Below, one piece after another: positions 15,287 to 29,028 of a stretch of 64,000 nt of DNA. The translations under genes and the position numbers were made by a program. Each line of letters opens with the position of its first letter. Position 1 is the stretch's first letter. This DNA comes from Amoebophrya sp. A120 (Eukaryota; Protista; Dinoflagellata). The stretch is taken from contig CAJINV010000002.1 in assembly GCA_905178155.1 (NCBI GenBank), positions 6,304,476 through 6,368,475 of the forward strand, written 5' to 3'. The notes below the pieces were generated by a model. It was given only the letters and a program-made list of their open reading frames with translations, searched no databases and was not told the origin of the DNA.

Positions 15287-18200
15287 TCATTTTTCCTTCT
15301 CTCGCAACCTTGTTTGGACAAGAGCGGCGTCCGCAGTGGAGGCGTTGACGCTCGTATCGGCGATTTCGCAGTAGTGGTCGTCCGTCATCAGGAATCCGTT
15401 TCCGCAGGTGGCACAGATCTCCTCGTGGTGGATATCGCAGGCCTCGCCCAGGGCCCCCGTGCCATTCTCACAGGTGCAGACGTTGAGCCGGCACACGTGC
15501 ACCGCCACCGTGGTTACGTGCTTTTTTTGGTGAAAGTGGTACCCCGTATCGCAGTGCGTGCAGACCTCCAGCCCGTCGCCCACGCACGCGGTACCGGTGG
15601 CCGGCGTGCCGAAGTCGCACGAACAGACGTTCGCGACGCAGGCCGAGCTTCCAGGATCCGCGTGTTGCCCAGCCGGACAAGAGACGTCGGTGCTTGACGC
15701 TCTGGCTGCTGTGGTCGACGATGATTCCACATTTTGCGCTTTGTTCGCCTGATTTCCGTCAGTAAGCTGCTGCCCAAGGACGGAAGCAGCAGCGCTGCTC
15801 GCTGAAGAAATGCTCGCTGAAGAAAGAGCTGAAGTAGATGTTGAAGTGCTAGTGCCACCGCTGCTGCTGCCCTCGCTGGGCTCCGCCGGCTCCTTGGGGA
15901 CGCAGGTTTCCGTGTCGTCGTCCAATTCGTAATCGGCGTTGCAATACGCACACACCTCGGTGCCGTTGTTGAGGCACTGTGCACCGATTTGCCCCATGCC
16001 GTGCGCGCAGGTGCACACGTTCTGATGACACACGTTTTCTTCGCTCGTGGCATTCAACTCCGCCGTGTAGCCGGGCGGGCAAGTCTCTGTGGTGGTGGTT
16101 GTGGTGGTGGTAGTAGTTGATGTAGTAGGCTCATCCACCTCCGCCTTAGAAGAGTCCGCTCCTTCTGCATCAGCTTCAACAGCTGCCTCGGTTGCTGTTT
16201 TCAAATCTTCACGCCGCCTGGTTATCATTTTCTGATTCGTGACAGACGAGTCCGTGACGCCGCTCGGAGTACCAGCGTTGATATCATCATCGTCCTTACT
16301 GCTACTGTTCACCAGACTCAACAGCTGCAGCACCGACGCCGTCGAAATTGTCGAATTATTCCCAATCTGCTTCTCGCAGCGCAATTCCGCCGACTTTTCG
16401 TATCCGGGTTCGCAGCTGTAGCAGATGTGCAGGGCATCCTCCGCGCAGTCGGCGCCCATCATGGGGAAACCGTTCTCGCACACGCACACGTTCAGCGCAC
16501 AGACGCCCCCGCCGAGCGAGTGCTGCCCCTCGGGGCAGGCGACCTCTTCAGGGGGAGCCTTGTTGTGGGAGGAGGAAACGATAAAACTGGAACTGCTACT
16601 GCTCGCGCTTGCACCAGCAGCAAACGACGACAAGTCCTCGAATTCGCACCGCCCGTCGACGAGTTCGTACTCAGGGTCGCACTCGATGCACATCTCGGTG
16701 TTGGCCGCGACGCACTTGATCCCCGAGTTCGGGGTTATCAAATGCAAAAGTGTCTGGGTCTGGAAGAGTGTACACTTGTTATGCAGGTTTTCCATGACCC
16801 ATGAGGTCTGGAATGCGGGACCTAGCATGACAAACTCTGGGAGGTCTTTGTCATGTCTATCCTGCATGAGAAACTCCCTCCCAACTTGGTTGACCGTACA
16901 CAGCTTTTGGTAATCAAGCAACACAAGTTTTTGCATGATCCAGACTCAGCATGACAAGCACAAGCTCCAACCTTCCAGACCCAGACATATTTGCAGTTCA
17001 TAGGGGTGCCGTGCGCGCAACTGCAAACGTACACGTCGCACCCGCCGTGGGGCCCCTTGGTTGCGTTGAAATACGTGCCCGGCGGGCAGGTGAGCAAGGT
17101 TGTCGTCGCAGTGGAGGTGGTCGCGTTTGTAGACGTCGTCGTCGTATGATCTGCTGCTGATTCTGCTCTTGCTTCCGTATCTGCTTCTGTGAGGTGTATT
17201 TGCTTGCTTTCCGAATCGGTTTCGAGATCTTTGTGACCAACGATCCCCTGCTCCTGATGTTCACCTGTAATTATATCTCCACTGTTCTTGAGCAGTACCG
17301 ATACAGGCGCTGCTGCCGTCCTCTGTGGCTCCAGTTGAAGTTGTACCTGCACCGCGGCGCTGCTGGAAGTTTTACTACTACCTCCACTCGCCGCACAGGA
17401 TGCGGTCCGGTTGAAAACGTCGGCGCATGCCTGGCCGTGCTCGTCCTTGCCGTTTCGGAGCGCCTGCTCGTTCATCAGCATGGCGTCGTGCATCCTCGTC
17501 CCCGCGGCGCAGCCCGCGTGCTTCCAGGCCCGCATCTTGCAGAAGCACGCCTGCGTGCCCTGGCTGCAGAACCGGTCGGGCACGGCGGGGAGAAGCTCGT
17601 CATAGGAATCCGCGATGCCCGCACAGCTGGTCAGCGCGTGCTTGCAGTGGTGTTCGCACAACGTCATCTGGTTGCTTTCCTCGTACAGCGAAAACACCTG
17701 ACACTGCATGCTCGCGGTGTGCGCCTCTTCCACAATGTTCGTGAAAGAGGATTTCTCAGACTCGGGACTCGGGCCGCAGTAGACCCCGGTGGCCGCAATC
17801 AGATCGCGGGAACGCTCCTCCAAGGCGGGCGACCCGGTGAAGTCCGGATCCTTTTGCAGACAGTGGTCGCCCCACTGCTCGCGTGCCCGCACGCAGTCCG
17901 ACGAGGACGAGCGACAGCGCAAGAGCGGATCCGTGTCGTTCCGGGTCACCCACGCGGTGTAAAAGTGATCCAAGTGCACGACTTCGTCCTCCTCGCGGAT
18001 GTAGCACTTCTGGAAAAACTCCTTGCAGTGACTGTGACACGCTTCGTGGAGGCCACCAGAGAGAGCAACGGAAAAGGCGTTCCTGCAATGCTCCCAAACC
18101 TGTGACAAATTGATAGATTTATTCATTCCCTTTGATGCTTTATCTATCATGCCAGCCCAAAACGACCAACGATTTTCTGGGTAAGGTTTTTGCAACGCCG

Positions 18201-19164
18201 AGAGAGCGAAACCGAGACGCGGCTCCAAGCTTTTTGATTTATTGCGCATTGATCTACTTCCTCTTCATTGTCAGCATCACAAATCCAATACCGGCATCTC
18301 GTTGCCCCACTCACAGTCTGCCATCAGCTCCGGACCCGTGCACGCCTGGTAGTCGGTACCAGCGGCCTCGCACTTGTCCTTGTCTTTTTCCATAATCGCA
18401 TGACAGGTGTCTGGAAGGTTTTTCGCCTGGTGTGAAAAACTTGACAACATCTGCCCCTGACTGCTCGTCACTAGTATTTGGTGGCTCTGGAGCTCGGTGT
18501 TTTCGTTGCTACCGCGACTTCCATCTTCGATTTTCTGGCTCCCAGCGACTTCCTCCTTTTTCATGATCCCGCTTTGATTTTTGTCTTCCCGCTGCAGGAG
18601 ACGTGAAGTTGTCCTGCTTACGTCCTTGCTTCTACCACTTACGCGCGCATCCGTTGCTTCTTCCTTTCCAGAACGGAAACGGATGACAGAGGAGCCACCT
18701 CCCGAAATAACATCAGTTCTACTCTGGTCCTCCTGCAACAACGACAGGGGGCCGGTCAGCCTTTTGTCGTCGTGCTGCAGTAGCTGATGCATCCAGTGTC
18801 CGCGAGGAGGTGGATCGCGCTCGAGGTCCGTGCCTGCACGACCTCCTGCTTCAGCAGCTACTAGTCCACTGCTGTCCGCCTGGAGCGAAAAGGAGTCCGT
18901 GTCCACAACAACAGCGCCAAAACTCCTCTGCTCTTCCTTCTGCACCAGCCGCGCTTCGACAACATTGGGAGTCCAGGTGGTGAAAATTTTTGCTGTTGCG
19001 AAGAAAACTATTACCAGGCTGGCAAGGAAAACGGAGGAAACTCGCTGCGCCGCGCCTTGCATTTTGTTCTGGGGGGATTTAAAATTTGACTCAGGGCCAG
19101 GTGCAGGTGATTCTGCCCTATACAACCACTCTCCGATCATGAAAGCGATGCGATTTTCTTCCAA
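15287..19164 (-). CDS. Large cysteine-rich, probably secreted or surface protein with repeated EGF/furin-like modules and Ser/Thr-rich linkers
   Basis: Repeated VCxCxxG...G..C...C..C..GY modules. ORFs 16822..18249 and 15287..16936 join (CAHGTPNSGIKC) after removing 16736-17002 plus 5 nt. ORF 18277..19164 with hydrophobic VFLASLVIVFFA is a probable 5' exon (junction unresolved). Confidence 0.7.
16736..17002. mobile_element. TIR introner, family A
   Basis: TATCAAATGCAAAAGTGTCTGGGTCTGGAAG / CTTCCAGACCCAGACATATTTGCAGTTCATA; perfect direct repeat GGGGT; interior is a reverse-complement homolog of 9639-9899. Confidence 0.93.
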
Positions 19165-19555
19165 TGCCCGACGCTAAAGCAAATGCTTGATCATCGTAGT
19201 TTCAGTGGAGATAGAGAGATTTTCAGCTTTGCAATGCCCTAATTTACCGACGAGTTCTTTGTTTGTTATACCCAGTTGCTCTGCGCTCGAATTTTGTCCT
19301 TGCAGCGACATTTTGCACGAAGCAAACGACGACGACAAATCTGGCTCTACGAGGCCGGCATTTGCTCTAACGAAAAGCGATGGTGGCGACAGAATCCGTT
19401 ACAGCAAGACAAGCGGTCGTCTTTCTCGATTCAAACGACCAAGCTACGCACGAAGCCTTTTTGTTGTGGCAGAAATCGTTGACAAAGTGCTACTACGCGC
19501 AACGGCAAAGTAAGACGACCGAAAACGCATGAGCGGAACCTCGAGTGTCTGTAGA

Positions 19556-21545
19556 ACAACGCGCCAGGTTCTAAGGCGTTGCAGCTCCGTTTTAAACAAT
19601 ACGCCAGGTGGTTCTAAGGCATTGCAGCTCCGTTTTATACATGCACGACACTAGAGGGCGCATATCAGTAGGCCAAAGGAGTATTGCTCGGCCCTTCAAG
19701 CCAGGCAGCTGCGGCAGCCTGTGCGACGGGGGCCGCACCTCTGGCGCCCGTCGGAAGGACATGCACTGATGAGGGGGCGCCCGCCGCGGGCCTGCTGCTG
19801 GCGTCCGAGGGGCGCAGCCGCAGCAGCGCCTCGCCGCGCTTGCCCGGTCCGCCGGGGCGCACCCGTATAGCGGGACGCACTTCGCCACGCGAGCGGGATC
19901 GCCGGCAGGACGGCTCGCCGCCATTTGGCCGGTCGGCTACGCCGTCGCCTCGGACGACTCAGCCGCAAAGCCCTTCTCCCAGGTCGGCGCGCCGCCAAGC
20001 GGTTCCCCGCCGTATAAGAGTCGCAGAGCTGTCGCCTTCGCATCATCGGCGCCCGCTGCTTCCCGACTTTCGTGGCTGAATTGTGGCCCTCAACGCCCGC
20101 CGCCGGTCGACAAGCTTGGGCTGCCGGCCCGCAAGGCCGTCCGGTCGCACTTTGCCGCCCCCTGTCGGGGTCCCGATGCGCACCAGCCAGAACTCCGCAG
20201 CGGTGGAAGCTTGGCACAACCCAGGCGGCTGGTCTCTGGGGCTGCCCGCTAGATCGCAGCTCTTGCCCAGCATCAATCTCCTTGCCCGCGGCGCTCTTCA
20301 GATTCTGCTGGCAAAGGCCCTCGCGGTTTTTCCCACTCGGCCGCTCCAGTTGGAACTTTTGCCGTGGGCGCTCGTTAGTCAGTGGCCCCAGCAGCAGCGG
20401 CGCGCGCCCCCCAGTTGACCGCCCCCGGGGCGGCCGCGAAAGGGAAAAGAGGGCGCCGGCCGGTGGCGAAAGCGAACCTGGCGCGACACTAAGGCGCCCC
20501 CTCGTGCTGCGCCGGCGAGGCCGCGGGGGGGGGCGAGGATCGATGTCCGTCGTAGCCGCCGCCCTGCGGCCCGCCTTCCACCTGTGCCCCACGCGCCGCG
20601 CTTGCGCCGTCTTCTCAATATCCTCGGCGGGCGTGCCGCGCAGGGCGACAGTTTATGGCAGGCGCAGCCACTTGCCGCTTCCGCCCCGCCCTCACAATGC
20701 CCGGCGGCCTTGCTTGCCGTCGGGCCCTTCGTGTTAACGACGGAGACGATTGGGCGGCCTTGCTGCCACTGCGGGCCGGCCCCTTCGTCCATAGTTGCTC
20801 TGTGCGTATCTTCGTCGAGGTCTCCCCCGAAGGCTGCCGCTTTGGCGCGGCCGCCGAAAAAGCACGCGCGCCATCGAGAATCCATCACAAAACCAACCGC
20901 CCTGCGCGAATGGCGACGGACTGGCGCGCAAAGGGAAGCGGCTCCTTTTCCGTTTCGGCTTCTTCTTGCAAAAACATTTAGGCTGCGCCTCGGCGCCGAG
21001 CAGCGCCACCCCCGCGTACCAGGCAAGGGCAGCCAACCCCACCACCCCACCACCTGCGGCATGCGGATCCCGGCAGCGGCCGACCCGGACACCGTCGGCC
21101 CCGCCCCCCTTCCTTTGTTTGCGCGCGTAGATTGCTAGGCGGACCGCGCCGAGCCTGTTCCGCGGCGCTCTGTCACCACTCGCTCCGCCCCCGCTAGGTT
21201 GGCTGCTGCTCTTGGAAATACCGAACAGAGCGGGCCCGGCCGGCGTCGCGGTTTTGCGTCCGGTAAAGGAGCCGCGATCTTGCGCCGCGCCGTTCGGCCA
21301 GCGAGGCAGGTAATTGACCACCGCGGCGCCCGGGCCCGTTCCCCGGCGCGATTCAGCAGCGGCGCGCATGCTGCTGCCGCAGGTGCTGCGCACCAGATCG
21401 CCCCCGCGCCCTCCTGGCATCAGAGACACCCGCTCCCCTGGCCGGCGGCACTTTCGTCCTGGAAATCCTGGCAGGCGGCGCGCGCGCTCGCTGCGACGCG
21501 CGCGGCGTAGGGCTACGCGTCGGCGTTCTTTTTTTTTTTTGATAT
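19556..21545. repeat. GC-rich, apparently non-coding island (possible non-autonomous mobile element), starting with a tandem duplication of about 40 bp and ending in a T tract
   Basis: CGCCAGG..TTCTAAGGC(G/A)TTGCAGCTCCGTTTT occurs twice at about 19556-19636; abrupt GC increase; only Arg/Pro/Gly-rich spurious-looking ORFs. Confidence 0.4.
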
Positions 21546-22552
21546 CGCGCTGACGAACGTGCGAGCGCCCCTGAAGCTCCTTGCGCTATAACAGGCCCCC
21601 CACTCGCTCGCACTAGTTCTTTCAAATTTCACTCGAAACACTTCCTGATCGTGGCATTGAGGATAAGCAACCCGCATACTTCTGGTAGCGCCGACGCTCG
21701 GCCAGGCCGACAATGCTTGCACTTCCTTGTTCCGAAAAGACATCAAATCACAGTTACATTGCTGGCTATATCATCATGAGCACGCGACTCATTCGGCCCA
21801 CGGCTGGAAGCTCAACATCAAATTGCTTCATATTTACAGACTTCCCCCAACAGACGTTCCATAACATTCTTCAAAACGACACACAAACGCAACTATTGCA
21901 GCAGCTGCAAAAGAGACACTTAGCTGCTATCACTACTGCGAAGAAAAGGTCGAAATAACTCACAGGCAAATCGATAGAAGAGAAATTTAGTTGTGATGAG
22001 CTACACTGAAAAACTTTTGTATCTACAACTAAACGAGAGAAAAACGAAGGAGTCACCCGAAAAACCTCGAAAGATCCTGCTTTTTCTTGAGAATTGAAAT
22101 TTCCTAAAAACAACCTGTACTGTATCCAAAAGGAACAAAACTTCAACTTCTTTGTTCGATACTGTCAACACGACACACCTGGCGCAGCGCGATCATCCCA
22201 TTCTTGTGACAACTGTATAGCACTTCTTTATTGCGATTTTCGTTTAGAGGTCAACATCTCAATAATTTGATACGTGGGTCGGAAGTGCTTGCGTTGGGAG
22301 GACTTGCTCGTGACTGAGGGCAGAGCCGAGAGCATTCAACATTGCACAGGAAAACAAATTGTTGGCCTGGTCGTTTCCTGGCGATGTATTGATTCAAACA
22401 TGCATCCACGCCGTTTGATATCTACTAAATGCGAAACTTACAGTGGTGCGTCATCCGCGTTCAGAAAAGGACAGCAGCACAGCTCGGGTCTTGAAAACGG
22501 AAAATGGGGCGAAAAAACCTTCCCCCGCCCCCCTTCTCGCAAAAAAACCTTG

Positions 22553-25500
22553 TCACCGCGGATACATCGCGCTGGACGACGCCGACCTGGTTCGCTGGAA
22601 GAAGGTTTCCGGGAAGTGCACGGCCTCCCGCGCCACCGTCGTGGCGCTGCTGCTGCTGCTCGCGGATCCGTTCTCGCCCTCTCCCGCGCCGGGGGGCACG
22701 CGGATCCGCGTTTTGTCGTCCATGTCCTGCTCCCGGGCGGCAGCGTTCATCTTTTCCTCCAGCGTCAGTTCCGACGCCTTTCGCTCCAGCTTCCGCTGCT
22801 TCTTCCGGGTTTTCTTCTCCCGAATTTCCTTGTCGATGTCCTCGTCCTGCGAGTCAAAATCCGAGGAAACAGATTCCGACTTCTTATCGTCCTCCTCCTC
22901 TTCCATCCGGTTCGACTTCGACTCGTTCTTCGAGAGCTCGTCGTTCTGGCTGGACCGCCGGGATCGCTGTGACGCCGCTCCTTTTGGCTTGTTGATCTGG
23001 GCCGCGGACGAGGGTTGACGACCTTCTTCTTCTTCTTCTTGCAGAAGTTGACTTCTCGGGTAGTTATTCTGCTGGTCGCTGAGTCGCCTAATAATGCTAC
23101 TGGATGTTGAGAAAGCTGTTGCAGTTCCTGCATTGAAAATCTCTTCACCTGGTTGTTCGTCTGCACGTGCACCACCAACGTCTTTATTATTCCCCTCCCC
23201 ATCTCCGTCTTCTCCTGGATCTTCGTCCTCCCCCGGACTGTTGTTCGACGGCTCTTCCGGCGCAGACCCGCCCCCAAACCCGCTATTTCCCGGCCCATTT
23301 CCCCCATTCGAATTTTCCACAGACTGGAAGTCTTCGCTGAAGTTGTCCTCCTCCTCCTCCTCCGGCGCGTCGCCGCACCACTGGAAGAAGCAGATCACGC
23401 ACGTGCAGTCGTCCTGGCTGCCCCGGTCCCGGGCGATCTCGATAATTTTCTGCGCGATGTTCTCCCGGCACCTCTTCGTGATGTCTTTCTGCTCCACCTT
23501 GTTGCTCGCCTTCCCGAAGGCCAGGTTGTTCCGCTCCATGGCGATGACGTCGCAAATCATCTGGTCCGACATCACGTCCGTGATCCCGTCGGAGCCCAGG
23601 ACCAAGAAATCGTCCTCCTCGCGTATGGCGTGCTCAGATGTTACAATCTCAAACGTTACAATTTGTCTTGCATGGTGAGCATTACAGACTCGCAGACCAT
23701 TCCACTTTCTGCAACACAAATTTCGGCAGATTGTTGTGCGGTCTGGGACTCCGGAACTTGTGATGCGCAGTCCTATGAGACTTGGCTAGATCATGCACTT
23801 CTTGCATCACAGATTTCCATATTCTATTGTAACGTTTGAGATTGTAACGTTTGAGCAGGTCATATCGCGATCAATGCTCGTGTGCCGCACCTCCGGGACG
23901 CCGGATACCAGATGGGTTTTCACGTTCGTCAGATCCGGTTCCTTGAAAGGTAAGTCCCCGATCGCCCGTGAGACCGCCAGTCCCATGTAGTTCGGCTGCG
24001 CCAGGTGCGCGGGCACCCCGAGCGGCGCGGGGGCCTGGATCAGCACCCGCCACACGCCGTTGCACTGCTGAACGAGCCCGTTCAAGTCCGGCGTGCGCTT
24101 CACCGTCTCCTCGATCCGATTCCGTTCGTCTTGCCGGTTCGGCTTGTGGTCGGACGTCAGCCGGATGGCCTTGCCGTCGCGGCAGAGGACCGCGAACGAG
24201 TCCCCGGCGTGCGCGGTGAAGAGCGACAACTCGCCCTGCTCGTCCGGACCGTAAAATAGCGTCGTGACCGCGCAGGCGCCGCTCGCGTCGCCCTCCTTGG
24301 CCGCTTTGTGCAGCCAGTTGCTGTCGGTCGTTTTGAAACCGGCCTTGTGCGCGTTCGCAAAGTCCTTTGGGGTCGGGTGGGTGTGGGAAATTTGGTTCAC
24401 CGCCGCGCAGATGTTCTTGTCCAGTTGCTCCTTGGAGTACTGGGCGCAAGCGGAACCGTTGTGACCTTAAGAGTTTTGGATATAGAAGAAAATTTTCGCG
24501 GCAGTTTCTCATCCTAGAAAAGCACACCCATTGGATAATTTGTGGATAGAAAAAAATCGAATGACAAACAACTTCCATAGTACCATCGAAAACGGAGAAG
24601 TAGAACAATTCTGCGTCGTCGCTCTTCATGTTCGGGAGCGCTCGCTTCTCGCAATAGCGGTCCTGGTTTTCCTGCTTCATGGGCCCCATCTCTGTGTGGT
24701 AGTGGCACACGAGCGATCGCTTAATGTTCAGTTCTTCCCCGGATTCCGACTCATCTTCCCCGGAACTCTTCTTGGACGCGCCGGGGCCGGATCGGGCACT
24801 GTTATTGCGTGAAGGTTTTTCTTTTTCACCAAATCAAAATGAACATTGTGCTGCAACAGAAGCCAAGCGAGGCTGGTGGGATGATGAAAGGCATTTTTAC
24901 ATGTAGTAACTTTTGCACGACAAAAGAAGAAAAACGTCAAGAAACTTTACAAAACCTTCGCGATAATTATACCTTTCCATATCCCCGCCCTCGCTGGCCA
25001 GCTGCACGTTGGTTTTCGGTGGTCTGCCGTCTTCGGTGACCAACATCGGCTCGTCCTCCACGTCAATTTCCATTGCGTTTTCATCTTCCTCCTCTTCCCC
25101 CGTGTAGTCGTATTGCACGTCGGACGCGCACCACCGCCCGGCTTTGTCTTGCTCCGGAACAAAGGAAACGCGGTCCTCAACTTCGAGTTTCTGGAATTTC
25201 TTCGAGTTCAGCCGGAGCTGCTTGTGGTGCACGAAAACCTCGTCTTCAAATTCGGATACCTTTATGAAAATTTAATGATGGATAAAAATTTCATTCTGGA
25301 ACAAAGTTGTGCCCTCTCACATCCTCGTGGTCGTAGCTGCATGAAGTTTCTTGTTGCCAACGAGGCGACAACCCTGGAAAATCAAAAACGAAAATTCAAA
25401 TTTTCAAGCACAACATGAAATCTATCTAGCACGACTATACCTTCAAAAACCCAAACCCCTTCGACCCGTTCCACTTGCAGCATACGCCGATCAACCTTTC

Positions 25501-26229
25501 CATTTCTGGTTCCCCCTTCAAGACCACGCCCTTCGGCTGCTTCGACTCCAAATTCTCCACGTAAATCAACCCGTCCGAATTCCGGAAGTAACACTTCTCC
25601 TCGTACTGATAGATCCAGGCGTAGTTCGCGTTCGATTTGTCCGCGGTTTTCGCCGCGGGAAATCCTGCCATGCTTTCGCTCATTTGGTCCCAAAAAACGG
25701 ACTCTTTCGTGCAGTGCGGGAGTTCACTTGGATCGTCGTCGTCCACTAGGTGCAGTTGGGCATACGGGTCGTCGGCCTTGTCGATCACCACGAAGGACTC
25801 GCTTTCCAGTTCGTCTCCTTTGTTTGTTTCAGTGGGGTCGTTCTTGTTCTCGACAGTACCAGATGTGGAAGCAGGAGGCTGTCCTTGCAATGTAGTTGCA
25901 GCAGTTCCTGCGGTTGTTTTATTAACCGGCGGCTGCTCCTCACTATTCGTCGTCGGGGGCGTCGTCGCTGTGGGAAAGGCGGATGTGGAACTGGAGGCCT
26001 GCACCGTCGGGCCGGCGAGGGACTGCGGGTCGAGCTGTTGCACAACGACCGGTTGCACGGCGATGTTTTCCTCCGTCTTTCGACGTTTGGTCGCGGGGGA
26101 GAGGACCGTGTTGGGGGAGGGAAGTTGGTCCTCATCGGACGGAACTCCGGTCGGCGGCTTCTTCTTGCCGTTCGAAGCCTCTTGCTGCATATCCTCTGCT
26201 GGTAGGTCCGGCATCTTGCTTGTTTTCAT
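22553..26229 (-). CDS. PP2C (PPM-family) protein phosphatase with an upstream cold-shock (OB-fold) domain
   Basis: Cold-shock motifs GVCCKWNGSKGFGFL, EVFVHHKQL, ASDV. PP2C motifs FSVFDGHNG, AHAGDS, LTSDHKP, LAVSRAIGD, FLVLGSDG, SQDDCT. Three GT-AG introns plus one introner; acidic low-complexity tail. Confidence 0.85.
23624..23864. mobile_element. TIR introner, family E, in the PP2C domain
   Basis: TATGGCGTGCTCAGATGTTACAATCTCAAACGTTACAAT / ATTGTAACGTTTGAGATTGTAACGTTTGAGCAGGTCATA; perfect direct repeat TCGCG; excision gives SIDREEDDFLVLGSDG. Confidence 0.92.
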
Positions 26230-27647
26230 CCTAGATTTATTCTTCTGTCGTCAAGTTCTCTACTTGGGACTTAATTTAGCATTTGTCCAAATGGTCGTGT
26301 CGCTGCGCGAAGCTTGTTTCTTTGTAATACGTCGTATAATTTTTACATAGATCTGGTCAAAACTGCGCTATTGAGGATGAAAACACGAGTGCCATTTTTT
26401 GCATGAAAAATTAACTACTTTTGCGTGATCAGACCACTATCCGCTAAAGCTGTTGGCTGGTTTCGGTTTCCTCTCGCTGTCTACAACTGACCAGGAGAGA
26501 ACGAAACTCTAGTCTCAACGTCGCTGGAAAAAAAAAGGCTCAGTTTCATTCATTTGAAAGCACGAGTATATCATTTGCAGCTGTTTTATTACCCTACTTA
26601 CTCAGCAGCGCAACAAACGTAGCATCGCAACCTCTACTTCTCCACTCGCAACATGTTGCTCTGACCAGAAAGCTGCGTGACGAAAAATTTAATTCATCGC
26701 CAGCAGCGTGTTGATCAGTATTTAATGTTGGAGCCTGCGCGAGAGCATTTCGGTTTTCATTTTGTTCTTCGCGCTTGAGCAAGAGGAATCAATGGTGAAC
26801 AGACTGCGCCAGAGGCACACTTAGCAATGGTGAACATCCTGAGGTCCTCGGCTGTTATTGCAAGTTTTATTTCATCGGGTGGATGATCATCATCATTTTT
26901 ATGTGACATCAAGGGGCCTTTTTGATAGAAATCGCGTCACGGGATCACAACTCTTGTTCTGTAACAAGATCAGAAGCTTGGAATGTACATAATTCAGCGT
27001 AGTTGTTGGAAAATTCTTGGAATTATTTCAGCTCTGATCAGCCTAATTAGGTAAAAAATGGCAAAGGAATCAGTGAGAAAAAGCAGTTCGGAAAATGTCT
27101 GATTAAGGGTAGTCTAATGATAATGTCCGCTGTGGCGGGCAACAGTTTTTCCAGTCCGTTCTGCAAACAGAGTAGAGGGACGGAAAACAATGTCACCACA
27201 ACGACGGATTTCTGGAAAATAGTCAAATAGAAGTCAGTGCTTAATCGACTTATCATCTCACCGCGGAGAATCTGCGCGTTTACTAGGAACCAGAGCCCAC
27301 GGGACTCCTGATCTCCTCGTCCTCTCCCGGAGGTCGTGCAACTGACAACTATAGGGAAAATCAAAATGGATTGGATACGACGTCAAAGCAAAACTACAAA
27401 TAAATATCAAAACTGCAAAGCGGCCTACAAACCAACGGATTCTTGGAATTTTCAAAATCACAACTTTTCGCCACAAATGTAACTACATAGCAAAAACTTA
27501 CTCATCAGAATACATAGTATACGGGCAAAATTTCAAACAACAAGCGCATGTCAACCAGCCCGGGCCTTTCAGAACTGCGAACAACTTCTTCTCCCCCGGA
27601 GGTCAACCTCTCCGCTGCTCGAGGAGATAGAGAGCGCCAAAGGACTA

Positions 27648-29028
27648 CTAAGTACTAGACCTCGCGGCTGCAGCGGTCGCAATGATCTCGGTCACGTCTT
27701 CCGAAGACGGCAACGGCGCTGCTGCACCGCTTGCGTTTGCTGCTGCAACCCCAACATTCCCGGCCGCACTACTAGGCCTGGCGTTTTTCTGCGCCAGCTG
27801 GATCAATGCTTGTGCTTCTACATCAGAGATGTACGCCCGCATGGTTAAGAGGTTCTCCCCTTGCGTGACCTCGCAGTAGTGCGGAAATTGGTCCTGCCGT
27901 CGCTCTCCCACGGTCGTGTCCTTACTCATCTCCGTTGCCTGCTGCCGCTCGCTCACGTCTGGTGATATTATGATTTGGGGGCGATAAAGTACAACATTTT
28001 TTCGACACTGCAATTACTTACAGGCAGGTAATATGTGATGCGCGCGAAGCGATATCCCGTGCGATTTCTGTACAACAACCTCGTCCGCTACTGCGGGCCA
28101 AAAATGAACTCAAAACAATTCACAAAAAGAAAAACCATGGGCAAAAAAAATCATATTTCCTACGCTTCAGAATGCGTTTCCAAACCGCGCAGGTATCGTC
28201 ATCTCCCGTCACGATCAAATCCTCCCGCGCCCTGCAATATTTCCCCGGCACCCACTCGAACCGCTGCACCGCCAGGGGCATCGTCCAGAGCAGCTGCGAT
28301 ACGTTGTAGATACACCTCTGCACAAGTCTTGGATTCCGCGGCGGGGAAGGTGCATTATTGTTGTTATTCGTCGTCCCGTTGCCCCCACCATTTCTACTTC
28401 TCGACGGGCTGGTGTCCAGCACGTCACATTCCAAGTGCACGGAGCAGGGGAGCACGGGCGGCGTGATCCGCACGTACGGATTCTGCTCCTGCATTATCTT
28501 CAGCACCTGCTTGTTCAGTAAAAAATTGTAGTTGGCCCAGGGTCGGTTGTAGCTGAGGATTAGACTGATCAGCTCATCCGGGAGGGAATGGAGGAAGAAC
28601 GAGTACTGCTGGGCACAATTTTCACTCGCTGTAGAAGTTCCACCTGCTTCGCCGACTGTATTGACACTATTCTTGCTGCTCGCCGCGAGAAACCGGTCGC
28701 GCACCGATTCGCTGTCAGTGTAGGAGTGGTAGGTATAGCAGTTGCTGTCTTTCGAAGTTGCGAGAAATAAGGCAGGCGCGGGCGCCATGATAGTGTTACT
28801 ATTCCCGCTACTGCTAGAATTTGTCGTGTCCGCTTCTCGGGTCTTCGTTCTCTTCGGTCGTAAATACACCCAAGTGGCTCGGCTGTCCTCCGTTTCCGAG
28901 GCGGAGGAATCGCTGCTAGTGGTGGTAGCGTGCAATAGTGGCGACAAGGTAAGCAGATCCTCCTTCCGCTTCCAGGTTTGCCGCACCGGGGCCGGTGCGG
29001 GAGCCGCGGGCGTGAGAACTACTTCCAT
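27648..29028 (-). CDS. F-box-like hypothetical protein (multi-exon)
   Basis: FLHSLPDELISLILSY resembles an F-box start; canonical GT-AG introns link ORF 28120..29028 towards 27648..28013. Confidence 0.55.

Noticed and set aside
18100-18315. CTGTG...CACAG interval as an introner or GA-AG intron in the Cys-rich gene
   Set aside because: No extended TIR or direct repeat; GT-AG use gives a frameshift and a GA donor cannot be supported without cDNA.
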